A stretch of DNA of 52,259 nucleotides from a phage. Under the pieces are notes generated by a model. That model was not told where the DNA came from. It was given only the letters and a program-made list of their open reading frames with translations, and ran no database searches. This document shows positions 16,376 through 25,360 of this stretch, one piece after another; position 1 is the stretch's first letter, and each line of letters begins with the position of its first letter. The stretch lies in the NCBI GenBank assembly GCA_025325205.1, contig GCA_025325205.1_4770.1; one strand, written 5' to 3'. The position numbers and the translations under genes were made by a program.

Positions 16376-16693
16376 ATGAAAAAGCTACTTGTTTTGTTAG
16401 GATTGGTTGTATGTGTCAACGCGAACGCATATACGTTCGATTGTGAAACTGTGTCAAATATTGTAAATAAAGACATTCTTATTAAGAATGCGCGTTACAA
16501 TATCGATAAGAAGTATGCCGATAACGTCATTAAGACTAGTATCGGACTGTGTAAAGCTGCAAGAACAGCTTCAGAATCCGGGATGTCCACGAAGGAAGTA
16601 ATGCAGTTCGTAGAATCCACAATGGATAACAAGAATGTGAGTAGTGACATTCAGACAAGAAACTTTATTACTGTATCTTTATCTTTGCAATAA
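16376..16693 (+). CDS. secreted/periplasmic small protein with signal peptide
   Basis: MKKLLVLLGLVVCVNANA-YT: classic n/h/c regions with A-x-A cleavage site. Confidence 0.45.
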   Translation: MKKLLVLLGLVVCVNANAYTFDCETVSNIVNKDILIKNARYNIDKKYADNVIKTSIGLCKAARTASESGMSTKEVMQFVESTMDNKNVSSDIQTRNFITVSLSLQ

Positions 16694-16702
16694 GGTGATA
16701 AC

Positions 16703-17128
16703 ATGGTCCAGCTACCAGAAATGAACTTAACCGAAGAGCAGAAATACGAACTTCTTTATAACTGGTATTCTAAGAAAGAAGAATTAGCCAAAGTGCAAGC
16801 GCAAGAACGCGCACTGCGTCAAAGTGTGGTTAGCGTCTTCTTTCCTGATGGTCTTAACGAAAATACTAATAAGATCAAACTTGATACAGGCGACGATCTT
16901 GTTGTTACTCAACCTTATACGCGTAAAGTTGATAAGGCGATTTTTAGTCAGATCCTACCAGATCTTATTGAAGCTGGCGTGGATGTCAACGAAGTTACTG
17001 AAACTAAAGTAGAACTCCGTGTGGCTGCATATCGTAAGCTGACAGCTGAACAGTTGGCGATCTTTGACGAATGCGTGACCACAACTCCAGGTTCTCCACA
17101 GGTTAAGATCGCTGTTAAGAAGGGTTGA
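16703..17128 (+). CDS. hypothetical protein
   Basis: 141-aa ORF. Confidence 0.4.
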   Translation: MVQLPEMNLTEEQKYELLYNWYSKKEELAKVQAQERALRQSVVSVFFPDGLNENTNKIKLDTGDDLVVTQPYTRKVDKAIFSQILPDLIEAGVDVNEVTETKVELRVAAYRKLTAEQLAIFDECVTTTPGSPQVKIAVKKG

Positions 17129-17719
17129 ATGCTCATCACGATAATATCGGATGCGTCGTTCTGTCACCGTACTAAATGTGGAGGCTATGGAATTTGGGTA
17201 GCCTCCAAACGGGGTAAAAAGGCTTTTGGTGGCCCTGCACATGGCCACACGGATAATACCGTAGTCGAATGTATTGCAGTAGCTAACGGTTTATATCATG
17301 GTATAGAAGCTGGACTTATCTACACAAACGACGTTATATTGTTCCAGACGGATTGCAAAGCAGCTATCCATATGTTCGAAGGTAAACGTCCACCGAGAGG
17401 AGAAGAGCAGCAAGTATATAAATGGTTCATGGATACTATTGTCGAGAATAGACTTAGTTTCCAATTTCGTCATGTTAAAGGTCATTCGGGTAGGATGGAT
17501 TCCCGTAGTCTTGCACAAGACAAGTGCGATGAAATTGCGGGTATGCACATGCGAACAGGTAGACGACGCATGGACTACGATAAATTAAAAGTAGATACAG
17601 CAAAATCCGTTATTCCTAAACCGAAGAAATTTAACATTGAGAAACAGCAATCTTGGGTTAGGAAGTTAAAACTTCTTGTTCGGGAACACACAAAGGTAAA
17701 TTTCAATGGCTCGATTTAA
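17129..17719 (+). CDS. RNase H-like nuclease
   Basis: IISDASF ... GGYGIW ... ECIAVANGL ... TDCKAAIHM ... KGHSG: pattern of acidic residues and spacing typical of RNase H fold. Confidence 0.5.
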   Translation: MLITIISDASFCHRTKCGGYGIWVASKRGKKAFGGPAHGHTDNTVVECIAVANGLYHGIEAGLIYTNDVILFQTDCKAAIHMFEGKRPPRGEEQQVYKWFMDTIVENRLSFQFRHVKGHSGRMDSRSLAQDKCDEIAGMHMRTGRRRMDYDKLKVDTAKSVIPKPKKFNIEKQQSWVRKLKLLVREHTKVNFNGSI

Positions 17720-18650
17720 ACCTTTTCTTGCAACAGATTGGGATTCAGCTAAACAGAAATACCCTGTAGGTATCATGCCTAAAATTGACGGCGTTCGTGG
17801 GATGAAACCGTTTGGGGAGCTTGTTGGACGAAGTCTTAAATCTTTTGCAAATAAGCAGGTCGCAAAGGTATTTGGATCTCCCATCTATGATGGTATGGAC
17901 GGTGAGCTTGCGGTTGGGGACGAAACGGACTTTGATTTATGTCGCAAGACAAGTAGTGCAACATCTAAAATTGAAGGTGAATATGTTTGGACGTGGCATG
18001 TGTTCGATTTGTGCGAACCGAATGTTGCACATCTACCGTACAAAGAGCGTTATGATATGCTCAAGAAGTACGTGGACGAATGCCACGCTAACGGCGAGTT
18101 GATGGACGTGAAACTTGTGCCGTTGTATGTGGTCAACAACGAACAAGAACTCCTGGAGTGGGAAAATATTTGGCTCGATATGGGATACGAAGGTGTTATT
18201 ATTCGTGATCTTGAAGCGAAATATAAATGGGGTCGTAGTACGCAACGTGAAGGCGGTTATCTCCGCATTAAACGTTTCACTGATGGTGAAGGCGAGATCA
18301 TTCGTATCATTGAAGGTTGCACCAACGCAAATGAGGCTCAGATTAACGAATTAGGACAGACGTTCCGTTCATCCCATCAGGAAAATATGATTCCAAATGG
18401 TATGGTTGGCTCATTTGATGTACGTGTGCTTACAGTACCAGAAGGCCTTGAAGATCTTATTGAAGTCGGGCAAGAGATGCGTGTAGGTGCTGGTCGTCTT
18501 ACGCACGAAGAACGTAAATATTATTTTGAGCATCCTGATGAATTCATTGGGAAGATTTCTAAATGGAAATTCTTTGCTCACGGTATGAAAGATAAATTGC
18601 GTATTCCTACGCATCAAAGTTTCCGTGATCCAACAGATATTAGTGAATAA
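17706..18650 (+). CDS. ATP-dependent DNA ligase
   Basis: Motif I KIDGVRG (KxDGxR adenylation lysine), DGELAVG, size about 310 aa typical of minimal phage ligases. Confidence 0.75.
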   Translation: MARFKPFLATDWDSAKQKYPVGIMPKIDGVRGMKPFGELVGRSLKSFANKQVAKVFGSPIYDGMDGELAVGDETDFDLCRKTSSATSKIEGEYVWTWHVFDLCEPNVAHLPYKERYDMLKKYVDECHANGELMDVKLVPLYVVNNEQELLEWENIWLDMGYEGVIIRDLEAKYKWGRSTQREGGYLRIKRFTDGEGEIIRIIEGCTNANEAQINELGQTFRSSHQENMIPNGMVGSFDVRVLTVPEGLEDLIEVGQEMRVGAGRLTHEERKYYFEHPDEFIGKISKWKFFAHGMKDKLRIPTHQSFRDPTDISE

Positions 18651-18656
18651 TCACGT

Positions 18657-18685
18657 TTGCATTCAGGTTAATTAGGTCCTAGTAT
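18657..18685 (+). promoter_or_regulatory. candidate sigma70 promoter (TTGCAT-N17-TAGTAT)
   Basis: -35 TTGCAT 18657-18662, 17-nt spacer, -10 TAGTAT 18680-18685, upstream of ORF 18715. Confidence 0.45.
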
Positions 18686-18714
18686 TGCAACCGTAACCAC
18701 ACAAGGAATAACTT

Positions 18715-19461
18715 ATGCAATTTACAACTACCGCGCAGGCAGTTTTAGACACTGGTGTCAAGATGCTTGTGTATGGTGAATCCGGTATGGGTAAGACCAT
18801 GCTCACAGCAACCCTTCCAAGACCGTTGCTGATTTCTGCAGAGTCCGGGCTTTTGTCTTTAACACCGAATAACATTGCTCGTGTATTTGGTGAAAACAGA
18901 CCAGATATCTGCTACGATATTCCAACCATCACGGTTGAAAATATCCAGGATGTAGAGCAGGCTTATGTTTGGGCGACTAACCCTGCAAACAATCCTGTAG
19001 GTGAAGATGGTTTACCGCGCTTTCAGTCTCTTGCGCTGGATTCACTTACTGAGATTGCTGAAAAGTGCCTTAACAATGCGAAGCGTACTGTGAAAGATCC
19101 GCGTCAGGCTTATGGGGATCTTATTGAGAAGATGCAAACTTTAGTTCGCGCTTTTCGAGATATCCCTGGACTTAACGTGTACATGGCAGCTAAAATGTCC
19201 CGTAACAAGGACGAGTTGACAGGTATTACGTCTTACGGTCCTTCTATGCCTGGTGCAAAATTAGGTCCAGAATTACCATACTTTTTTGACGAAGTGTTCA
19301 AAATTAGTGTTGGTAAAGACCAAAATACTCAAGCAGATTTTCGTTATCTGCTGACCAGACCAGATCTGTCAAATGTATGTAAAGATCGTTCTGGTTCGTT
19401 AGAACAGATGGAATATCCACATCTTGGTGCAATCATTAACAAAATCAAAGGGGTGCAATAA
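18715..19461 (+). CDS. RecA-core ATPase (Sak4-like recombination protein candidate)
   Basis: Walker A VYGESGMGKT, Walker B-like LALDSL; about 250 aa; adjacent SSB-like gene. Confidence 0.5.
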   Translation: MQFTTTAQAVLDTGVKMLVYGESGMGKTMLTATLPRPLLISAESGLLSLTPNNIARVFGENRPDICYDIPTITVENIQDVEQAYVWATNPANNPVGEDGLPRFQSLALDSLTEIAEKCLNNAKRTVKDPRQAYGDLIEKMQTLVRAFRDIPGLNVYMAAKMSRNKDELTGITSYGPSMPGAKLGPELPYFFDEVFKISVGKDQNTQADFRYLLTRPDLSNVCKDRSGSLEQMEYPHLGAIINKIKGVQ

Positions 19462-20384
19462 TGGCCGGTTTAGGAATGCAATTTAACGCTGGACAACACG
19501 CAGAGCGTCAACACAATAGCTTGATGCCCGCTGGTTGGTATGTTGTTCAGATTGTAAACTCTGAAATCAAACCGACTAAAACTCCAGGCGGTGCGCGTCT
19601 GAATCTTCAGTTTAAGATTATGCAGGGTGATTTTGCTGGTCGTGTAATGTTTGGCGGTTACAACGTCAAGAACGCGAACCCTGTCGCTGTACAGATTGCA
19701 ATGGAAGAACTGGCAGAGCTGTCCCGTGCTGTTAAAGTTCCAGTTTGGAACGATACCGAACAACTGCACGGTATTCCGTTCAACCTGAAAGTGAAAGTTC
19801 GTCAGCAACCTGGCTATGAGCCAAACAACGAACCTCAGATTTATCAAGCAATTGATAATATGGAAGGTGTTGTATACGCAACTAAGGCGGACATGGCTAA
19901 CCTGCCTAAATCAACTCCGGCAGCGGCAGCACAGTCTCCAGCATTTGGTGGCGGTGCGTTCGGTGGTACTCAGCAGCCACAGCAGCAGCAACCGCAGCAG
20001 GGTTTCCCTGGTGCATTTGGGCAGCAGCCGCAGCAACAGCAGCAGCAACCTCAGACTCAGGGGTTCCAGCAGCAGCAGCAACAGCAACAACAGCCGCAGC
20101 AGCCGGTACAGCAGCAGCAACCGCAGCAGTCTGGAACAGTTGATTTTAACAGTGCGGCACAATCTCAACCGTGGGCTAATGGTGCGCAGCAGCAGACTCA
20201 GCAGCAACCTAACTGGGCAACTCAGCAGGTACAGCCTGGAGCAGAGCAACCACAAACTCAAGCTCAGAATACTGGTACTGCTAACCATGCAGAACCTGAA
20301 GTCCAGGATGATATCGCTAAAGCAGCTCAGACCAAGACTCCACCGTGGAAACGTTCCACTGAAGGCGATGACGCTGCACAGTAA
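19461..20384 (+). CDS. putative ssDNA-binding protein with Gln/Pro-rich low-complexity linker
   Basis: Globular N-terminal part then QQPQQQQ... tract and acidic C-terminus; position next to Sak4-like ATPase; no OB-fold motif verified. Confidence 0.35.
   Translation: MAGLGMQFNAGQHAERQHNSLMPAGWYVVQIVNSEIKPTKTPGGARLNLQFKIMQGDFAGRVMFGGYNVKNANPVAVQIAMEELAELSRAVKVPVWNDTEQLHGIPFNLKVKVRQQPGYEPNNEPQIYQAIDNMEGVVYATKADMANLPKSTPAAAAQSPAFGGGAFGGTQQPQQQQPQQGFPGAFGQQPQQQQQQPQTQGFQQQQQQQQQPQQPVQQQQPQQSGTVDFNSAAQSQPWANGAQQQTQQQPNWATQQVQPGAEQPQTQAQNTGTANHAEPEVQDDIAKAAQTKTPPWKRSTEGDDAAQ
19971..20130 (+). repeat. CAG/CAA-rich (poly-Gln/Pro) coding microsatellite
   Basis: Runs of cagcagcagcaaccgcagcag read from sequence inside ORF 19461-20384. 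Confidence 0.8.
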
Positions 20385-20403
20385 TTAAAAATCATGTTAT
20401 AAT

Positions 20404-20430
20404 AAAGCTCCTCCGGGAGCTTTATTTTTC
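20404..20430 (+). terminator. rho-independent terminator
   Basis: AAAGCTCC-tccg-GGAGCTTT hairpin followed by ATTTTTC. Confidence 0.6.
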
Positions 20431-20446
20431 TATATAGGATTATGAT

Positions 20447-21397
20447 ATGCCACATTTTTATCCTGCTACTAAGACAATGGAGTTATTCAATGACTGTATT
20501 GAACGAGATCAAGGATCCGCTTACAGAGTATGGCTCGGAAAAGTATTACCGCATATTGAAGACGCATATCGAGAGGGAGATGGCGGATTCCGTTCGCATC
20601 TTGGGATTAGTCTTATCGGGCAAGAATGTAGTAGAGCAATCTTCTACGGATGGAGATGGGCAACTAAACCACACTTTAACGGTAAAACCTTACGTCTATT
20701 CAATCGCGGGCATCTTGAAGAAGGTCGCTTCGTGGCCTTATTACTTACCGCCGGTATGCAAGTCATCCAACAAGACGAAAATGGCAGCCAGTATAGAGTC
20801 AGCTATCTCAACGGGCACTTTGGTTCCGCGATAGATGGTATTGTCATTGGTTGCCCCGACATGCCACAACCTTCTACACCAATCTTAACGGAGATGAAAA
20901 CGCACAATAACGATTCGTTCAAGAAACTTGTCGTTAATGGTGTGATGGAATCCAAATGGGAGCACTATGTTCAGATGCAGGAATACATGTTGTATTATGG
21001 GCTCCCAGCCGCTCTTTATATTGCAGTTAATAAGAACACGGACGAGATTTGGGCAGAGCTTGTACCGTTTGATAAAGAAACAGCAGAACGCTACAAAGAC
21101 CGTGGATTTGTAATTGCACTGGCGGAATGCCCACCACCTAAGATCAATGAAAGTAAATCTTACTATAAATGCAAATGGTGTGACCACAAAGCGGTGTGCC
21201 ATAACAACAAAATGCCTGAAGTTAACTGCCGCACCTGTAAGCACTCTTATCCGCTTGAAGATGGAACCTGGAGATGCGCAATCAAAGTAGCTTCTGCTAC
21301 TGCATACATCACGGATGGAACCGAAGGTGTATTAACGAAGGAAGATCAGATGGCAGCATGTGGTCAATACGAAGCAGCAGATTATTACGGTGAGTAA
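20447..21397 (+). CDS. Cas4/RecB-like PD-(D/E)XK exonuclease with cysteine cluster
   Basis: AIDGIV ... TEMKT (D...ExK); N-terminal Cys (QECSRA) plus C-terminal CKWCDHKAVC suggest a Cas4-type Fe-S site. Confidence 0.55.
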   Translation: MPHFYPATKTMELFNDCIERDQGSAYRVWLGKVLPHIEDAYREGDGGFRSHLGISLIGQECSRAIFYGWRWATKPHFNGKTLRLFNRGHLEEGRFVALLLTAGMQVIQQDENGSQYRVSYLNGHFGSAIDGIVIGCPDMPQPSTPILTEMKTHNNDSFKKLVVNGVMESKWEHYVQMQEYMLYYGLPAALYIAVNKNTDEIWAELVPFDKETAERYKDRGFVIALAECPPPKINESKSYYKCKWCDHKAVCHNNKMPEVNCRTCKHSYPLEDGTWRCAIKVASATAYITDGTEGVLTKEDQMAACGQYEAADYYGE

Positions 21398-23401
21398 ATG
21401 TTCAAACTACGTGATTATCAGCAAGAAGCTGTAAACAGTACATTGCGCTATTTCATCAAGTATGGTGAAAAGTCAGGAAATCCTGTTATCTTGTTGCCTA
21501 CAGGGACTGGTAAGTCCCTTGTAATTGCTGGTCTATTAAAGACAATTCACGATAATTGGGGTAGTACCCGCATGATGGTAATTACTCACGTAAAAGAATT
21601 GATAGACCAGAACCACGATAAATTTAAGAAGTTGTGGCCTGAAGCACCGACTGGTATTTATAGTGCTGGTATGGGTCGCAAGGATAAGAATGCAATGATA
21701 ACGTTCGCAGGTATTCAGTCTGTTGCAAAACAAGCTAAATACTTCGAGGACGTTGATATTATTATAGTTGACGAATGTGACCTTATTAGCCCAAATCAGC
21801 AAACAAGTTATCAGAAGTTCTTTGCGCACATTCGTGAAAAGAACCCATATCTAAAGATTATCGGTCTTACTGCTACGAGTTGGCGTCTTGGTTTTGGTTC
21901 TATTATCAAAGATGATTATGCGCCTAACGCTTTATTTGATGAAATCGTATTTAACGCATGTACCGTAGAGTGCTTCAACTGGTTCATTGATGAAGGTTAT
22001 CTTGTTCCGTTAGTACCACGTAAAACAAAGAAAGAGTATGATGTAAGTGGTGTTCATACTCGAGGCGGTGAGTTCATTGAAAGTGAGCTTCAAAAGGTTG
22101 TAAACGATCCTGATGTAACTCGCCATTTATTAGATGATGCGATTAGTATTGCGGAAGAAGAGAATAGAATGAGTTGGCTTGTCTTTTGTGCTGGTGTAGA
22201 CCATGCAAAAGATGTCAAAGACTACCTCAACGAGCGCGGTATTAGTTGTGAAGTTGTAACTGGTGATACACCGAAAGCCTTGCGTGACCAGTATCTTATT
22301 GATTTTAAAGCTGGTCGTTTACAGGCAATAGCAAACAACAACGTATTGACGACAGGCTTTGACCATCCGGGTCTTGACTTGATAATTGGTATGCGCCCGT
22401 CCCAATCTTCCCGCCTATGGGTTCAGATGCTTGGACGTGGTACTCGACCTGATTATGCAGATGGTTTTGATTTGACCACAACGGAAGGTCGTTTGCAAGC
22501 TATCTCCGCTTCGCATAAACAGAACTGTCTTGTACTAGACTATGCAGGTAATACAAGACGTCTTGGACCTATTAACGACCCTGTAATTCCTAAGCGTCCA
22601 GGGCAGAAAGGAAAGTCCGCTGCACCTGTTAAAGAATGCCCGGTATGTAAAACCTGGAACCATGCGTCGGTTCGCTATTGTGGTGGGTTAAAACCATTCG
22701 ATACAAGCGGTATGTCCCATGAAGAAATACTCTATCTTCAAGGGTTAGGATATACCATTACAAATAATAAAGCGTGTCGTGCTGGTTATTGCGGTCATGA
22801 GTTTACTTTTGAGAAGAAACTGATGGCGAGTGCTAGTACGAAGGCTATTATCAAGAATGATTTGCCAGTCACTGAAGTGTTGAAAGTTGATATGGTGAGT
22901 TACTATCGTCACGAGAACAGGGGTGACCGTTCTAAGCCACCAACACTTCGTGTAGATTATCTTTGTGGGTCACAAACTATTCAACAATATATTTGTCTGT
23001 TTCATACTGGCTTTGCAGGCAAGAAAGCGCGTAACTGGTGGCGCGAGCATTGCAGCTTGGCAATCCCAGCCAACATTGACGAAGCCCTCAATGTGGTCAG
23101 CCAGCTCCGTGTACCGACGCACATTTATGTCAACTTGAAGGGTAAGTTCCCTGAAGTGTTGAATAGTTGTTATGACGGTAGTGAGTTCGGTAAGAAAGAA
23201 GCAACCAACGAACGTCCGGTTGTACAAATCGCAGCAATGAATGGCTTGTCCCAGTTTGGTGGAAGTTATACGAATAAGTTTGATGAAGACGAGCAGACTG
23301 ATTCTCGTACGACAGTATTGCATTCTACGTCTAATCAACCTATTCTTACTGGTAACGGTAAAGAACTACCACCAGATTTTGATGACGACATTCCATTTTG
23401 A
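21398..23401 (+). CDS. SF2 DNA helicase with zinc-finger and SSB-like acidic C-terminal tip
   Basis: Walker A LLPTGTGKS, Walker B IIVDECD, TATSWR, QMLGRGTR; CPVCKTWNHASVRYC; last residues PPDFDDDIPF. Confidence 0.75.
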   Translation: MFKLRDYQQEAVNSTLRYFIKYGEKSGNPVILLPTGTGKSLVIAGLLKTIHDNWGSTRMMVITHVKELIDQNHDKFKKLWPEAPTGIYSAGMGRKDKNAMITFAGIQSVAKQAKYFEDVDIIIVDECDLISPNQQTSYQKFFAHIREKNPYLKIIGLTATSWRLGFGSIIKDDYAPNALFDEIVFNACTVECFNWFIDEGYLVPLVPRKTKKEYDVSGVHTRGGEFIESELQKVVNDPDVTRHLLDDAISIAEEENRMSWLVFCAGVDHAKDVKDYLNERGISCEVVTGDTPKALRDQYLIDFKAGRLQAIANNNVLTTGFDHPGLDLIIGMRPSQSSRLWVQMLGRGTRPDYADGFDLTTTEGRLQAISASHKQNCLVLDYAGNTRRLGPINDPVIPKRPGQKGKSAAPVKECPVCKTWNHASVRYCGGLKPFDTSGMSHEEILYLQGLGYTITNNKACRAGYCGHEFTFEKKLMASASTKAIIKNDLPVTEVLKVDMVSYYRHENRGDRSKPPTLRVDYLCGSQTIQQYICLFHTGFAGKKARNWWREHCSLAIPANIDEALNVVSQLRVPTHIYVNLKGKFPEVLNSCYDGSEFGKKEATNERPVVQIAAMNGLSQFGGSYTNKFDEDEQTDSRTTVLHSTSNQPILTGNGKELPPDFDDDIPF

Positions 23402-23408
23402 GGCTTAT

Positions 23409-23648
23409 ATGGCAAAGATGACTTTTAGGAGTAATGACCATTTACCAGAAGAAGGTGAATGGAAGACTTTTAAAGAGTGGGAAGAGTTGGGTTATGGTGT
23501 AATTAAAGGTGAAAGAGCTAAACGGTTTATTCACGGTGTTGCAGTTTTTCACGAAAGTCAAGTAATCAATATTGAAGATGAGTTCGAAAAATATAAACGT
23601 GAAGAACTGCAAGGAATGTATTGTGGACCAGAATGGTGGAAGGATTAA
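23409..23648 (+). CDS. hypothetical protein
   Basis: ORF 23241-23648 trimmed to ATG 23409 after helicase stop. Confidence 0.3.
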   Translation: MAKMTFRSNDHLPEEGEWKTFKEWEELGYGVIKGERAKRFIHGVAVFHESQVINIEDEFEKYKREELQGMYCGPEWWKD

Positions 23649-24371
23649 ATGTACATATTAGTCGATTATGATCGGATGCAGGTATTAGCTAAGCATCCAA
23701 ACTTCCAACGTCTTCATGAGTATGGAATTCTGTGTTGTAGCGAAAGCTCTGTAGTTCTTCCGTTGGAAGTTGAAGAACTATATAAAGAGTTTGATGATGT
23801 ACAAATGCAACTTTTGTACATCAACTTAACGGGTAATAAGCAAGGTGCTTTATATCCAAAGAAAATGATCAGTAAGATCATTCATTATTTTTTAAATGAA
23901 ATACCGGAGACAGTAATAGATGCGGATGTGGCTGAACAAGCGGACTGGGCAATTGCTAGTAATAAAGAGGGTGAGTGCATGTACCGCGAAGGCAGCTCTG
24001 TTCCAGATTTGGGGGAGGAGCCTAATATTCAAGTACGGAATGATAGTTCATTGGAATCCGCCATCATTGACGGCCCAACCGTACAGACAAATATGGGCAT
24101 ACAAGGGGCATGGACACCGACAAGAGAGCGGCAAGGTACTAGCACACCGGCAAACGAAAAACGTGCCGCAACGTCGCGTACAGCCGGCACTCGCGATATT
24201 ATTTTCGCTGTTGCTGACGAAATGTGGAAAGAAGCTGGTGAACCTCGTGACAAGAAGGAAATCCTTCAGCTTAGAAAACAAATGATGGATCGTTTAGAGG
24301 CAGAAGGTGTGAAGCGTAATACATCAAGTAATACATTAGGGGTCTGGGTAAAAGAACGTGGCTTAAATTAA
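23649..24371 (+). CDS. hypothetical protein
   Basis: 240-aa ORF; no motif recognised. Confidence 0.4.
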   Translation: MYILVDYDRMQVLAKHPNFQRLHEYGILCCSESSVVLPLEVEELYKEFDDVQMQLLYINLTGNKQGALYPKKMISKIIHYFLNEIPETVIDADVAEQADWAIASNKEGECMYREGSSVPDLGEEPNIQVRNDSSLESAIIDGPTVQTNMGIQGAWTPTRERQGTSTPANEKRAATSRTAGTRDIIFAVADEMWKEAGEPRDKKEILQLRKQMMDRLEAEGVKRNTSSNTLGVWVKERGLN

Positions 24372-24383
24372 TTAACTAAAATA

Positions 24384-24412
24384 TTGCATAGTTCTTTTAG
24401 AGGGGTTATAGT
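24384..24412 (+). promoter_or_regulatory. strong candidate sigma70 promoter (TTGCAT-N17-TATAGT)
   Basis: -35 TTGCAT 24384-24389, 17-nt spacer, -10 TATAGT 24407-24412; GAGG RBS and ATG 24468 downstream. Confidence 0.55.
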
Positions 24413-24467
24413 GCAACCACTTAGAACGTAGTTCACAACCAATAACCACACTGTGAGGATTTAAATC

Positions 24468-25292
24468 ATGGCTAAAGAGAAAACTCCAGAACAACTGGAA
24501 GCAGAAGAAGCAGCAAAGAAAGCAGCAAAAGAAGCTGAAGCAAAGAAAAAACGTGAAGCTGAAGAAAAAGCAGCACGTGAATTGCAGGCTAAAGTTGACG
24601 CCGCAATGAACGAAGCCACTGCCGGTTACAATGTGATCGAAGGTGCTATGTCCGCTGTTAAAGAACAGTTTGACACTCTGCACGAAGGTTCGTTGCTGGA
24701 CGAAGTTAAAGCAGTTGAAGGCGTAGTTACCGCTCAACTGAAGACCGCTAAAGAAGGTCTGAAAGCTGTTAAAGCAGCAGCACGTAAAGTTAAAGACAAC
24801 GATCAACTGAAAACTGCCGTTGCAGCATCTGAAGATCTGGTTTCCGGTGTTGAAGCCACTCTGAAAGATGTTAAAGGCCGTGTATCCGCTGCCCGCGAAG
24901 CCACTAAAGCCGCTGAAAAAGCGAAACGTGACGCTGAACGCGCTGAGAAGAAACGTCTGCAAGACGAAGAGCGCGCTCGTAAAGCAGCAGAACGCGAAGC
25001 TAAGAAAGAGCCGGAACAGAACGGTATTCGTAAGCCTGGTGTTGGTACGCTGTGCCGTGCTGCATGGGACATTTTTGATGCTGTTACCCTGGAGCTGGGT
25101 CAGACTGCACCGATCAGCTACGTTCTGCCGGTTGCACTGGACAAAGGCCTGAACGAAGCGAACGTCAAAGCGGAATACGCTCGCTGGAAGAAATACATGG
25201 GCATTACTGGTCGCGTATCAGTCCCAGTACCTGCTAATATTGCACAGGCGGCCGCTAACGTAGAAATTCCGTCTCAGAAATCTGCAGAGTAA
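24468..25292 (+). CDS. Lys/Glu/Ala-rich coiled-coil-type protein, unknown function
   Basis: 274 aa, charged repetitive EAKK/AAKE composition; codons look like highly expressed E. coli genes (CGT, CTG, GAA, AAA, GGT, GCT) unlike neighbours. Confidence 0.5.
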   Translation: MAKEKTPEQLEAEEAAKKAAKEAEAKKKREAEEKAARELQAKVDAAMNEATAGYNVIEGAMSAVKEQFDTLHEGSLLDEVKAVEGVVTAQLKTAKEGLKAVKAAARKVKDNDQLKTAVAASEDLVSGVEATLKDVKGRVSAAREATKAAEKAKRDAERAEKKRLQDEERARKAAEREAKKEPEQNGIRKPGVGTLCRAAWDIFDAVTLELGQTAPISYVLPVALDKGLNEANVKAEYARWKKYMGITGRVSVPVPANIAQAAANVEIPSQKSAE

Positions 25293-25316
25293 TCTGTAGA
25301 CACTTCGGAAACTCAG

Positions 25317-25345
25317 AAGGGGCATTTACTGCCCCTTTGTTATCT
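25317..25345 (+). terminator. rho-independent terminator
   Basis: GGGGCA-ttta-CTGCCCC hairpin followed by TTTGTTATCTT. Confidence 0.55.
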
Positions 25346-25360
25346 TACCCCGAGGTTCAA

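Noticed and set aside
19816-20388. Alternate-frame ORFs over the CAG-repeat tract (19816-20388 +, 19911-20288 -)
   Set aside because: Frames kept open only by the repetitive CAG/CTG sequence; products are Ser/Arg/Leu low-complexity strings; the SSB-like frame has the RBS and conserved-looking N-terminal domain
24372-24962. Antisense 196-aa ORF 24372-24962 opposite the Lys/Glu/Ala-rich gene
   Set aside because: Artefact of biased composition (Phe/Cys-rich nonsense product); the sense strand has promoter, RBS and terminator
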